This document shows positions 1 through 15,000 of a stretch of DNA of 63,631 nt, piece by piece. Position 1 is the stretch's first letter, and each line of letters begins with the position of its first letter. A program made the translations under genes and the position numbers. Source of the DNA: an uncultured virus (IMG/VR IMGVR_UViG_3300020367_000003) (Duplodnaviria > Heunggongvirae > Uroviricota > Caudoviricetes > Kyanoviridae). The notes beneath the pieces were generated by a model that saw only the letters and a list, made by a program, of their open reading frames with translations, made no database searches and was not told the origin of the DNA. The stretch is from the IMG/VR virus record IMGVR_UViG_3300020367_000003; one strand, given 5' to 3'.

Positions 1-3000
1 GAGTTGTCTGACCATCACCATTATAATCACAAGTAAATGTTAATGAATTTGGCTTAAGTTTGATACTATCACCAACATCCAAGTTATGTGATCCAATGGT
101 TAATTCCATTACACCACTGGTAGGATTGTAATTAGCGTTAGTTACGTTATGAGTTGTCTTAGGTGATGTACCAACATTAATAGAGAATGTATGAAGTGTT
201 ATATCATCAATTTCTAACCATGTGTTATGTGCAGGGTCAGTTGGTCTTGGATAAGATTTAACAACATCATATCCATCCATACCACACTTGAATGAAATTG
301 AATTATCTACAAACTTAACTCTATCGCCAATAATGAATCCATGATCAGGAACTGTGATAACCATCTTACCAGTTATAGCATCATAGGTACCATTAGTTAC
401 TGTATGTGTTGTGCCACCATGATATCCATGCTTACCAATAGTAAGTTCCATGTCACCTGATGTTGGGTCAAATGTGGCAGCAGAAACTAGGTAGTTAGCA
501 CGAGGTGTTTTACCAACGTTAACATCAATAGTATTTGTTTGCTTGTTGGAAATTTCTAACCATCTATCATAAGCAAAATCTGTCTTTCTAGGATAAGAGT
601 GCTTAGTAGCATTGTTATCCATATCACAAGTCATGATTAGTGAATTAGGCTTCAACTTAATCATGTTACCATTAGCAAATGGATGACCATTAATTGTTAA
701 TTGTAGGACACCTGTCTCAGCATTATATGTTGCACCTGTAGCAGTATATTCACCATGACCAACTTTCTTAATTTCTATAGAATGGTCATATGCTCTATCT
801 CTCTTATGAGATACACCACCTGATGCGAATGTTGTAAATGTATGTGTAAATGATCCACCTGCTCTGATAGATCCTCTCTTCATTGCACCTGCTTTAGCAT
901 ACTTGAATGTATGAGCAGAAGTGTTAGTAGAAGGAGTTTCATCTAAAACTTTAACAGTGAATCTATTGTCATCAATTCTTGTAATTGTTAACCATCTGTT
1001 GCTTGCAGGGTCACCGTGTCTTGGATAAGCATGCTCAGTAGCATGGTCATCTTTACCACATGTGAAGATTAAGGAATTATCCTCAAACATAATCTGCTCA
1101 CCTGTTATCATGCCATGACTTGCATAGGTAACAGTCATCACACCAGATACACCACTATATGTCACATTCTGTGGAGTTAAACCTACAGCAGGTTTGAAGA
1201 TATGAGCATGATTAGATGCTCCAGAAGGTGATGGGTTAACATTAACTGTTATAGTGCTATCATCAACAGCAGTTACAGCAACAGCCTCTTGATATGCAGG
1301 GTCATCACCAGATGCACCACCACTACCATTAGGACGTGGATAGAAGTGGTCACTTCCATGACCATCTTGTGCACAAGTGAAGCACATTGATTCACGATTA
1401 ATGTAAACACTATGTGCAGTTGTAATACCGTGGTCAGGACCAACAGTGATTACCATATTACCTGTAGCAGGATTATAATCTACTTGCTGTGGATCGAAAC
1501 TCTTGAATTCTGTCTTACCAACAAAAATATCAAATGTATTTTCAGTTGCATTCTCTACAGGTTTCCATTTTCCACTAATAGGATCTGTTGATCTTGGATA
1601 TGTCTTACCTGATGAATTACCATCCATTTCACAGGTAGCAGTAAGAGCATTATCTGCAATCTTAATTAATGATCCGTTATCAAATCCATGACCATTAAGA
1701 GTTAATGTTAGATAACCAGTTGTGCCATCATATGCTCCTGCTGTTGGAGTAAATGTGTCAACAGTTGTCCTTGGATATGCATGGTTAGATGCATTCATAT
1801 CCATGTCACAACTAAAGGTAACAGCACCATCAGCAAGTTTAACACTTTGACCAACCTTAAGTGGGTGAGCACCAATATTCAATTCCATATGACCTGAATA
1901 TGGGTCATAAGAAGCATCAGCAGGAGTATACTGGACAGAAGGTGTAGTGCCTACATTAATATCAAATGTAGATGCAGTTACGTTAGAAATTTCTAACCAC
2001 TTATTACTAATAGGATCTGTGCCTCTAGGATATGCATGATTCTCACTACCATCATCCATGGTGCAAGTTAAATCTAATGCATAATCTTCTAATCTAATAT
2101 ACTGACCATTAGACCAACCATGATTAGGTACTGTTAATGTTAGGACTCCAGTTGTAGCAGTATAAGAAGCATCTGTTGGAGTATGACGTGATACACCATC
2201 ATCAACAATCCTTAGAGAATTATTCCATGATGGGTCAACATTAGGACGTGGATATGTGTGCTCAGTAGAATTACCATCTTTACTACATGTGAATGTTAAA
2301 CCATTGTCAGCAATCTTAATACTGTCATTACCCTTCATTAAAGTAGCAACAGTTATACTCTTAGGTTTACCAGATACAAATGTATGAGGTGTAGTATTTG
2401 TAGATGGAATATTGAATAATACTTGAATATCAAATGTGTCAGTAGTGACGTTAGATACCTTCATCCACTCATCACTAAATGGGTCAGATGCCCTAGGATA
2501 TGAATGATTAGTTTGGTTACTATCTTGACCACATGTGAATGTTACGAATCCATCTTCAACTTTAATTCTTGTGCCATTCTTTAATCCATGCTTAGTAACA
2601 GTTACAGTCATCACACCTGTTGATGGATCGTATACTGCGTTAGTTGGAGTTAATTGTGCAGGAGCAATAAACTTATGAGTGTAGTTACCACCAGTTGCTA
2701 ATACTGCTCTTGTTACACCATTAGCAGATGCACGTTTGAATGTATGAAGAGTCTGGTTAGTTGATGGAATATTCTCTAGTACTTGGACATCAAATGTATC
2801 ATCTGTGCAATTATGAATCTTAATCCATTTATCTGCAACAGGGTCTGTATATCTTGGGTAACTGTGCTCAGATCCACCTGCGTCTTGAAGACATGTGAAT
2901 ACTAATGAATCATTAGAAATCTTAATACTCTCACCATCTTGGAATCCATGATTAGGAATTGTAAGAGTCATTATACCTGTAGCAGGAAGATAGTTAGCAT

Positions 3001-6000
3001 CCGTTACAGTGTATGTTGAATTTGTTGATTTGAAGTCGTGTGTATATTCACCACCACCAATTAAAGAATTAGCATTAGCAGATTGGAATACATGAGTTGT
3101 TGGGTTTGTAATTTGACCATTACCAACATCTAATTTAATAGTGCCAGTTTGTGTCTTAAGACCATCAGTAGCAAAGGAAACGAAAGTATGATCGTAAATG
3201 TCATTAATACCAGACTTACCAACCTTAACACTAAACTGTCCAGAGGAAGTATTGAATACAGGTAACCACTTATTCCATGATGGATCTGAAGGTCTAGGAT
3301 ATGAATGATTAGTTGCATTGTTATCCTTAGTGCACTGGAATGTAACAGCATTCTCTTCAAACATTACATAAGAATTTGCATGCCATACTCCATTCATTGC
3401 ACCACTCTGGAATACATGAGTTGTTTGGTTAGAAATTGCACCTTGTCCTTCAAAGTATCCTACGTTAACATCTATAGTATTTGTGCCAACATTAAATGCT
3501 TTAAGGAATTTATTACTTGCAGGATCAGAAGGTCTTGGATAAGCATGATCAGATGCTTGACCATCTTCGTCACAACGGAATGTAAATGCTCCATCTTGTA
3601 ACCAAACCATTTGACCATTCTTAACAGGATGACCATTCATCTGTATTCTTAAAATACCAGTAGCAGGATAATAGGTAGCACTATCAGGTGTAATCTTATT
3701 ACATCCAGTAAGAGTATTATTAACAGTAACAACCATCTCACCTAATGTTGGATTATAAGAAACATTAGAAGGTGTAGATGATGTCATTCCTACTTCGTAG
3801 ATAGGAATATTTGTATCATAGAAGTGGTCTTTCTTATGTGTAATGCAGTTAGAAGTTGCAGATACAAATGTATGGACTGTAGTATTTGTAGATGGAATTA
3901 CATCTAATACTTCAACAGTGAATGTATTCGCACTTACATCATTAATCATCACCCACTTACCACTTACAGGGTCAGTAGGTCTTGGATATAAATGTCCAGT
4001 AGCATTGTCATCCTTAGCACATGTAAATGTTAGAGAGTTATCAGCAATCTTGACATATGAATGTGGTAAGAATCCATGATTATTAACTGTAAACTTAAGG
4101 TTACCAGTGTTAGGATTATATACAACATCTGAAGGTGTATGTTGTGTAGTAGCAGATCTAGGATATACATGATCAGATGCTTGACCATCAGCATCACAAC
4201 GGAATGTCAATGCATCAGGAGCAAGTCTTACACTATCACCTGCATGACGTAAAGCACCAACAGAAGATGTTACATAAGTGTGGTCATATACACCACCAGT
4301 TTTAATAACAGATTTTGTAATACATTCAGCAACAGCAGACTTGAATAGATGAGTTGTAGTATTACTCTGTGGTATATCTTTTAATACTTGTACTGTAAAT
4401 GTATCAGTAGTAGCAGTTAAGACTTTCAACCATGATCCACTAGCTGGGTCAGCAGGACGAGGATATACATGGTCAGATGCATGGTTATCCATTGCACAAG
4501 TAAATGTCAATGAATTATCAGCAATCTTAATAAAGTCACCTGCCATTAATTTGTGTCCTTCAACTGTGATATCCATAATACCTGTTACAGGATTATGAGT
4601 AATAGCAGTTGGAGTTAAACCAGGAGTTGCAGTGTAAGTATGAGCAGTAGTATCTGAGGATGCACCTACATCAAGAGTAATTGTGCCATCCTTCTTAGTG
4701 ATTCCATTTACATTTGCTTGGACAAATGTATGAGTTGTTGAGTTAGTTGATGGAGCATAACTCAATACTTGGACATCAAATGTATATGTTGATGTATTAG
4801 AAACTCTCATCCATCTATCATTAAATGGATCAGTTGCTCTAGGATAAGTATGATTTGTTTGGTTGTTATCTTCTAAACAAGTGAATACTAATGAATCAGT
4901 TGCAATCTTAACTTCATCACCGTCACTCATTCCATGAGGAGCATCAGTAGAGATGCTCATAACTCCAGTTGTAGGATTATATGATGTGCCAGTAGTAGCA
5001 GTTAAAGGCATACCTGCATATGCAATCTGGATTCTCTTATTCCAGAATGGGTCAGCACCACCGTTACCAACGTAGTTAGATCCAGATGACCTAGGATAGT
5101 ATTTCTTGGAAATATTATTATCTAATAAACAGGTAAATCCGATTGACTCTTCTGTCATTCTTACATAATCACCTGCAACTAAATCATGGTCACCAATCCA
5201 TACTCTCATATGACCTGTAGAAGGTACAAATGTAGCATCAGTTATTGTAAATGGTAACTCAGGTGTTCTACCAACATATACATCGAATGAATCTTTAGAT
5301 GCATTTCTAACTGCTAACCATTTATTAGAATATGGGTCTGATGCTCTTGGATATGCATGGTTAGATGCATTGCCATCCATTGTGCATGAGAATGTAATTC
5401 CACCATCAGCAATCTTAACAAAATCACCATTAGAGAATCCATGGTCAGCAACTGTAACTCTCATCATTCCAGTAGATCCATTATATTCACCACCAGAAAT
5501 GTTATGAATAGTAGCAGGACGGAATGTATGCTTTCTATCTAATGTTAATTCTAATAGACCATCAGCAGGAGTAAATGTTGCATTTGTTGGAGTATATTGA
5601 ACTGTAGGAGTTGTACCAACTGGTACTGTTATAGAAGTAGCAGTGGTTGCAAGAATTTGTATTGGTTCATTATGAGTTGGGTCTGTATCTCTAGGATAAC
5701 TATGAATCGTTGCATGGTCATCCATTGAGCAAGTGAAGTTTAATGACTCTTGTGATAGTTTCACATGAGTACCAACTGCAAGAGAGTGATTGCCAATTTC
5801 AAGTGTTAAATGACCTGTCTCAGAATTATATGTTGCATCAGATGGATCCCAACCAACTATAGGAGATTGACCTACGTTAACTGTAAATGTTCCACCAGGA
5901 ATATCAGATTCAACAACATCTAACCATTGACCTACACATGGGTCAGTGCTTCTTGGATATACATGGTTAGTATAATGATTATCCATTGAGCAAGTAAATG

Positions 6001-9000
6001 TCATGGAATTTTCCATGATCTGAATCTGGTCACCAACTATAACTCCATGTCCAGATACTGTTAGTTTTAATGTTCCCTTATCTGCATTATATTCAGCAAA
6101 TGTTGCAACATGATTTGAAGCACCAACGAAACGATGCTGACCAATATCAAGAGTTAATTCACCATCATTTTGGTCATATACTGCATCGGAAACATTATAC
6201 TCAACTTTAGGTGTAGCACCAACATTAACTTTAAATGTATTTGGTGTAACTTCTTCTATTAATAACCACTGGTCACCAGCTGGATCTTTCTGTCTAGGAT
6301 ATCCATGCTTAGTAGCATGATTATCTTGAGCACATGTAAAGATTAGAGATCCATTATGAATCTTAACTTGGTCACCTGTCTTAAATCCATGGTCATCAAG
6401 AGTAATTGTTAGGACACCTGAATCTGGGTCATATGCAGCATCTTTAGCAGTATGAGATGTTGATGCAGTCATACCATGCTGCTCTATGGTCATATTCATT
6501 ATTCCTGAGTTAGGATCGTATGACGCAGCAGTTGCAGTATGCTCAGTTCTACCTACATCTAATACCTCTACAGCAGTATTACCTGCGGGGTCACCAGATC
6601 TAGGATAAGTGTGATTAGAAGCATGATTATCTTGGTCACATGTAAATGTTAATGAGTTAGAAATCAACCTCAAGAATGTTCCTGGAGTATGATTATGATT
6701 ACCAACATTTAATATTAAATCACCTGTAGATGAATCGTAATCAGCAGCAGTTATATCATATGCAATAGTAGGAGCAGGTCCAACATTAACTGTAAATGTG
6801 TTAATAGTTGCTGCTTCTCCTGCTACCAAAGATCCATTAGAAACACCGAATCCTGCCCACTGAGTATTAGCAAATAATCCAGATGCTCCAGTTAAACCTG
6901 TCCAACCACCACCAGGTGTTGTTGCTTGTCCAATCTGTTGACCATCAATCCAAAGAGTAACACTACCTGCACCAGTTGTTTGGTTACCACCAATAACAAT
7001 CTGCCATACTAATTCATGGTCACCATCATCAAAGTATTGTGTTAGGTTACTAATCTGTAGGTCGAGCATTGCAAGACCAGTATCAGCAGTATATGATGCT
7101 CCAGATGTATATGAGTTAGTACCATTACCAGCTCTTAATCTCAACCATGTACCACCATCTCTGATACCAAACCATACACCAGATGTACCACCACCTGCTT
7201 CAAATAGACAGCAATCTATTGGACTAGAAGGTAGTTTAGTTACAACACTGAATACAGCATCTTCATCAGGTATGATACCTGTGCCAGTATCAGTTGTAGA
7301 AATCTTATCTTCACCAAACTTGAATGATCTTGTTACAAGATTATTATAATTGTCAGTAACAGGTGCACCAGTTAATACACTGGTTGTGACCATAGTTGTA
7401 GTAGGTCTTGGCACTGCATCGTAGAATCTTTGGTCTACTACATGTCCTGCTTCATTAGTAATAATCTGACCCTTCATTGCACGGATTGCAAAATCACGTG
7501 CTTTATTCATTATCCAATTAGTTTCAGTAGGTGCATTAGTAACATGGTCTAAATTACCAGAATATGTTGCATAGAATTCAGTAGAATATTGTAACCAGTT
7601 ATTACCACCATACTTGATGTTGAATACTAATGCTCTAAGAATATCAGTAACGTCATGGACACAGTTAATAGGACCACCAGGAATATTAAGGTTAGGGAAT
7701 TGGACTAATCCAGCTGCAACTGCTTGCTCTGCGATATATCTGATGTTTCCATCAATCGCATCACCACAATTCTTATAAAGGTCAATTCTTGGATTTTGCT
7801 CATAAGATTCAACTGGTTTCTGATCAGGGGATCCACCTTCTTCATAATCTCTACCAAATGCATTACGCATTATTAGAGAAGTAATATCTCTTAGAATCTT
7901 AACTACAGTTATAGATGCTTCCCACTCACCCTCAATATGCTTAAGTGAGTTATTTTCAGTCTCAATGTATAATGCAGCAGCATCATATGTCTTCTCGTTA
8001 CAATCAAAGCGAAGGTCATGTACCATTGCTTCAATCATATCTAAAACATCATCTTCACAGTTAACATGTCCACCAGGAATGTTTAGATTCTCATACTTGG
8101 ACAAGTCATTCATAGTGCTAACACACTCTTTAGCGATGACGTGTCTATTCTTCCAGATTAGGTCAGCAGCATCAAGATATCTGTCATTGTTTTGTCTAGT
8201 TCCTGCCTGAGGATATCCTTCTGTATCAAGGACAATAGTATCATCTCTATATGCTGCTCTAGCAGTCCACTGAGGTGCATAATACTCTTCTTGTACCCAT
8301 GTTGGGACACCCAACTCAGCAGCTGCTTCACCACTTGATAATAGTAAGTTATTAACTGCCTTCATGCAGAGCATCTTACAATACTCAAATGCATCAAGCA
8401 TTGGGTTTAATTCTTCATCAACATGTATTACCTTATTCTGACTATCAAGATACTTGTCAATAACTGCTTCAGTCTGATATGTACCACCTGTGACCAAATC
8501 AGCCATCACAGCAGGAAGAATAAATTGTTTGATATCACGTTCACAGTAGGGTTGACCATATCCAGGCATTTCAAGGAAGTCATATGTTACTTCATTAATC
8601 TCCTGTTGATATTTGTTTTGAATATATCCTGCTACTTCTTCAGCAATATAATCTCTATTCTTCCAAAGTTGGAATCCACCTTCTCTGAATCTTTGGTCAT
8701 TAGGAGCAACAACTTTAAGTAAATTATCACCTAATAGTTTAATCTCATCAGTAACAGTAGAAGATGCAGGAGATGAGAAGTTATTAGGTATTCTCAATCT
8801 TGTGCTATATTCACCTGATAGGTCAGTAGATGTTGTTGTAATAACAGTCTCACAAAGTTTAAATACCTCATTCCATGTATAGAGAGATTGTAGAATCTCA
8901 TCTGTGATATGGTCTAATTTACCACTTGTAGTAAGGTATGTCCTTGCAGTATAGATTGTATGGAAATCTCCACCTTCTTGTAAGTCTTTAATTAGAGCAC

Positions 9001-12000
9001 CAAGAATATAATCTTTAGTATCCCTAATACAAAGGTTAGTACCACCGTAACTATTATTTCCTGGATCGTCACCTCTAATGGTGAAATCAACGAATGCTGC
9101 CTTCATTCGACCAACTGCTTCCTCAGCAATCCATGCACCGTTAAGGTCGATTATTTCAGCACAATCTCTTAATTCTTTTCTACCAGTATCAATATCAGAA
9201 GCAATAAGTGCTAAACCATCATAATCAACTCTCTTAGCAGTTGTAGATGATGTTCTCTGTCCAGTGTATGTTGCCCATACTTCAGTAGTAGAAGCAATGA
9301 ATGGACCTTCACCATCGATACCTAATACAATATTATCTTCAGCAAAGTCAACTTGAGTAGGAGGAGTAAATCCAGTAATGAAATCACAAACACCCTTCTT
9401 AATGCAAAGATTATCAATATGTCCAGTCCAATGAGATGACTGGTTAAAGTCAGACCCAATATGAGGAGCATTGTAAAGATAATCGTTAGTGTCAACGTAG
9501 TTAGACCCTATTTGAGCACCATTAACATATGCCTGAGTAACACCAGAATTTCTTACAATAGCGATGTGATACCAAGTACCAGTTGTTGCAAAATCACCAC
9601 TACCACTTACCATCAAGGTTGTGCCATTATAGACCTTAAGACCTTGACCATCCATTCTAATGTTTAAACCTTGAGCAGCAGATAATCTTCTGAAGTCAAA
9701 TAGGTATTGTGTGCCAACATTAGCAGCAGGACGTATCCATGATTGGATTGTGAAATCTCCAGTTCCAAAAGCAAAATCTTCACTTGCTGTTTGTGTTAGA
9801 AGTCCATTTGAAGGTTTGTAGACAGATTTATCTCCTACTAATTCTGCTTTCTTAACAATTACACTTTGGGTGCAATTTGTTGCAGTTAAAGTAGAATTGG
9901 TTATCCATTCTTCATCTTGGAATGTGCCAGTAACATTAGAAGCAAATATCCATTTTAAACCTGCATTAGCACCGATTGCTTCAAATACAGCACCAGATGT
10001 AATACCCTTGATTGTATCTCCAAGAGCGAATAATCCACGACTTCTATTCTTATATGCAAATTTAGTTGTCCTAATTGTTTCTCCATCTTGGAATGTACCA
10101 TCTGTGATGGATGCAAGGTTATTAACGTTAGTTAAGTTACCTGCTGTCATTGCAGTCGTAGCAATCGCTTTCAGCGTATCAATATAGGACTTAACGTTTG
10201 CACAGTTGTTAATATCTTGATTATTACCAGATGCATAGTTTGCATCGTAAGTATTAGCAGGAGCAACACCACCAGAGTAAGTAGTAGGATCATTAAGGTT
10301 ATATCCAACCCCACTAAGATCCTTCCAATACATTAAGTTATTAATTGCTCTATGCATCAATGTACCAGCAGTTGTAAATGCATGGACTGCTTCTGCTTCT
10401 TCACCAACAATTCCGTTAGTTAGAGGTGTGCCAGAAGCATCAAAGAATGATCTTGTGAATAGGACAGTTTGATAGTTACCACCAGTCTTAAGGTCATTAG
10501 AAATAGCATCAATGAAATATCCAAGGTCTCTTCTGCACTTCTCTTGGTGTGGTGAATATGTACCACCAGATTCAACTGGTAATTCAGTTAGAGATCCATT
10601 AGTTAATGTTTCATCAACTATTTCATGTAATGTCTCAATAGCAGATTGGACATCAGTACAGTTGTCTGAATCAGTATTTGAAGTGTTAGTTCCTGCAGTA
10701 CCGTAAGGATTGGTTGGTGATGGGTCAGCAGTGATTGTTAAGTCTTGATATGCAACCCAAGAGTCTCCAGAGTTTGCTGCACTAATAGTTCCTGAATATC
10801 CATTAGCAATAGCAACTTTCATCCTATCTCTTGCTTTTTCGTAAGCCCATTTGGTCTCAGTTGCTTGAGCATTGATATAAGTGAAAGATCCAGCCTCATT
10901 GAAATATTGCTGACAGAATTTACGTGTATAGCGGTTTCCACCTGCATACATGTCAATACTTACTGCATCTACGAAATATTCAATATCTCGCTTACATTTC
11001 GCATCTGAAGGAATTGAGGATGAAGGGAATTGAGTTTTCATGTCATCAAACGCCATTCCGACGATTAATGCCTTATTCTTCTGAATCATCCTGTAAGCAT
11101 CTTTAAATCGACTCCAAGCGTTAGTAATAACGTCAGATGGGAAATAATAGTCTGGATAGTCTATTGCAATGCTTGCTTCAGCAAAATCGATGATTTCTTG
11201 CTTATTATTCGCAATATTACGTCCACCATCTAAGAAACGGTTTGCAGCGTTTCCATGGAAGACAGAAATTGGATTTCCGTAGAAAGTCTTCTTATTTCGG
11301 ATAATATCACCATCTGCAAAAGCACCATTCGCTAATTGTGAATATGTAACTTCTGTAGTCCTAACTTCTTCAAAATCAAGGAAATCAGCGTTAATTCTGT
11401 TTGAAGAATCATAAAGCTTAGTTGGAGTGATTGAAGATTGCGAAATATTGTCTAAAATGATATTTGGGTTTGTTAGACTTAATAAACGCTCAAATAGTAG
11501 TCCGAAGAAAGTTGTGCCTCGGTTAATGATTAATTCATCAACAACTTCGTCATTAATTGGGTCTGAGTAAGGTGCAGTGTATGTAATCTGTCCTGCAATC
11601 TTAGATGATGCAGAATAAATGTATTCGTTAAGTCTTAAGTCATATATTCCAGTTTCAAATCTTGGAGTACCTGAAGTCTTACTTACAACAAGTCTATCTG
11701 TAACATTACCATCAGTATCTACGTTTGTCTCTTCAACATATGCAGTATCACCTTCAAGGTTAGTAATTGCTTCACCAAATTCAAATATAGTATCACTATT
11801 AACCTGAGTAACTGTTTCGACTAATGCTGAGAAGATTTCTCCTCTAACAATCTCTTCGTTAAGTTGGAATGGTCCACCAACGATATTGATAACATCAATA
11901 TGATTAGTACCTGAATCTATAACAGTTCCAACAGCATCGGAGAATTCACCTTGTACTTGCTGACCTATAGTTGGGAATATACCATAGTTTGCATTACCAC

Positions 12001-15000
12001 CAGGACTATAAAGAGCAATTCTGTATATTGGAGTAGGTGTAACACCAATGATTCTATAGTTAACTTTTGAAGGAGGTCTTGGTGGCTCAGAGAATACTAA
12101 ATCTCCACCAACAACTTGATAAGAAATACCAGGAGCCTGAATAACACCATTAAGTGTAATCATCAACTGATCTTGCTTAACGATTACCTGCTCACCTTCA
12201 ACAGTAATTGGGAATGCTTTCTTAATACCATCAAACTGATCCTCAAAATTATCAAGTTTCTTAACGATTGAAGTTAAGATTTCCTCAGAAGATGTTAGAC
12301 GTTTCTTACGGAAAAGAACCTCAGTATTGTTGTAGTCAGTATAGATTGGTTGAGCAGCACCAAATGATGTAATCTGGTTTACATTACTATAGTTGTTAAT
12401 ATTAACTTTCTTAGTAAACTCAGTACCAATCTTACGTCCAGATACGTCCTTACCACCAGTAAGTTGTAACTGACCAAACATGTTGAAACCAGCTGGGTGG
12501 TTATTCTCTAATACTTGAGACTTCCACTCTGTGATAGGAATTTGTGATTGGACAACGTAAGAGAAGTTTTGATAGAAGAAACTATCTTGAATCTTCTGGA
12601 CAATCTCAGATGGTTTACCAACGTCATCAATAAATCGGCCTGGTGTCTTCGTTAGGGAGCCGATATTTAACACACCACGTGCAATCGAGAAGTTATCGAT
12701 AACACCAGATGCTTTAGAAATAGTACCTGTTACAGACTCACCAACTGCCCAATCACCAGTATAATCAACAATCTTAAGAATCTTAGGACCTATCTGCCAA
12801 CCAGTGTTAGTAGAAACTGTACCCATAGCAGTGGCAGTTTCAACATTAGATCCTTGGTATACATCTTCACCTTCAAGGAATCTAGAAGTTTCAACAACAG
12901 CAGTTGCTTTACCACCGAATACCTCAGTTAAAAGGACTTGACGACCACTACCTTGTGTTAAGAAGGTAATGTAAGATCCTGCTAATGCAGATGCTTTAGT
13001 AAGACCGAATCTTAATTGGTCAGGCTCTAGTCCTGCTGCTGTACCAGCAATAGCATAGTAAACCTGATTTGCCACCAAACTGGTTAAACCTGCGGTAGAT
13101 GGTTTTGGTAATTCGCCAGTTGTGGATCCTACGTTTTCTGCCCTAAATGTAACTTCTGCACCTGACGTAATACCATGTGGGAAGTTAAACTGTAGATAAT
13201 TAAGGTCTAAGTTAACAACGTAGTTAAATTCTGATTTAAGAGTAACAGTTGGTTCAGATGAGTAACCTGCACCTGGATTCTTGATTATTATCTCAGATAA
13301 TCTATTATTCTTAATAATTGCTTCTGCTTCAGCACCAGATCCACCACCACCTTCGATTACAACAGCTGGAGTTGATGAGTATCCAGAACCTGGATCAGTT
13401 ATGGTAATCTGACTTAGTATTGAAGTATTAAAGAGTTGTAAGTTAACAGGGAAGGTAATCTCTGGTTTTAAGGTATAGTCATGTGAATAACCGAAACCAA
13501 ATTCATTATTCTTTAATCTCTTAATCTTACCAATATTAGTACCTGTTAAGAATACAGATGCACCACTACCTTCTGATGGAATAACAACATTTACACTACC
13601 ACCAGATCCAGCAAGAGTTGCTCCTAATATTCCAGGTATAGCGTCAATATCAATAGATGCAGTTGTATAACCTTTACCTGGGTCAGTTACAGCACAACCT
13701 GTAATAGTTCCTGATCCAATCTCCTCATCTACTTCAACAGTAACAGTACATTTAGCACCTTCACCATCTCCTGCAATAGGCACATCATAGTAAACACCTG
13801 GAGCATATTCAGTACCTCCATCTACTACTACACATTTCTCAATTTGTCTGAAAGATGCAATATCACTAATGATAGGTAACTTCTGATAGAATCCACCTGG
13901 AGAAACCAGTTGAATTGTATTAATAGGTCCAACTGCCCTTACAGATGTAGTTGAATAGTATGAATAATCATTACCTAGATAATCTTCTCCAACCTCAGCA
14001 TTAGTCCTTTCAGGTTCCTTAAGGAGTGGGAATTTGAATGATGTATCTGTTGGTACTTCTGAAATAGTAAATCTACCATCGAAAGGAGTTTTAATGACAT
14101 CAATAAAACTGTTTGTACCTACTGGTGAATCAGCACCAGTTCTTGATGGGTCAAAGTAGTAGGAAATATTAGTAACTTCACCTAATACAGAGAATTGAAC
14201 TGTTGGAGCTGGTGTTGTTGCAATACCAGGAGTTCCATTTCTTTCAATGTTGTTAAATGAGTATTCTAGTTTGTATTGGTTATCTTGAGAGAATGATAAG
14301 TAATATCCAAAGTTAGAAGAGTCAGATAGGTCAAAGACATACTGATGATTTCTAGTAAACTCTAATGTTGGGTGTTTTGCATAGATGTTAACACCACCAA
14401 GAGCATTATTAATAAATGCAGGATCACTACTTGCAGTTGCTCTAATAGCAAATGTAAATTCTCTAGTGCCAATTACTTGGTCAATAAAGAAACTACCATT
14501 AAATTGTGCAGTACTGAATCCTTCAGTAAAGAGGATATCACCTGCTTTAAACATATGAGCAGTATTTGATGTGCAATAAACAAATTCTGTCCTTACAGCA
14601 TTTGTCCTAATTATATCTTTCTCTAAACGTGCAGTAACTTGAATCTTTTTAACTGAAGCAAATCCAGATATCTCTACACTCTTTTCATCTTCAGCAAGAG
14701 TTATATTTCCTGCATTTAAACTAACAACGTCATCTGGAATGTATACTGAACCAGGATGGACTTCCATGATCTGGACCGTATAATTATTGCCCATATCATA
14801 ACCCATCAATCTACTATAGACGCTGATTGCTTCCTCAGTAGAAACGTGAGTCCATGTTACACCACCATCAGATGCATCACCAGTATCATGCACAGGAGCA
14901 TTTGTTCCTGCTACACCTGCACCACCTACTGCTACTTCATATACATTGAGTTTCCACCATACTCTTTGTCCCTCAACATATAAGCGATCTGGTAACCATT

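Noticed and set aside
200..6800. Possible CRISPR array or DNA tandem repeat
   Set aside because: The repeats are conserved only at protein level, with variable codons and spacing, inside an open frame
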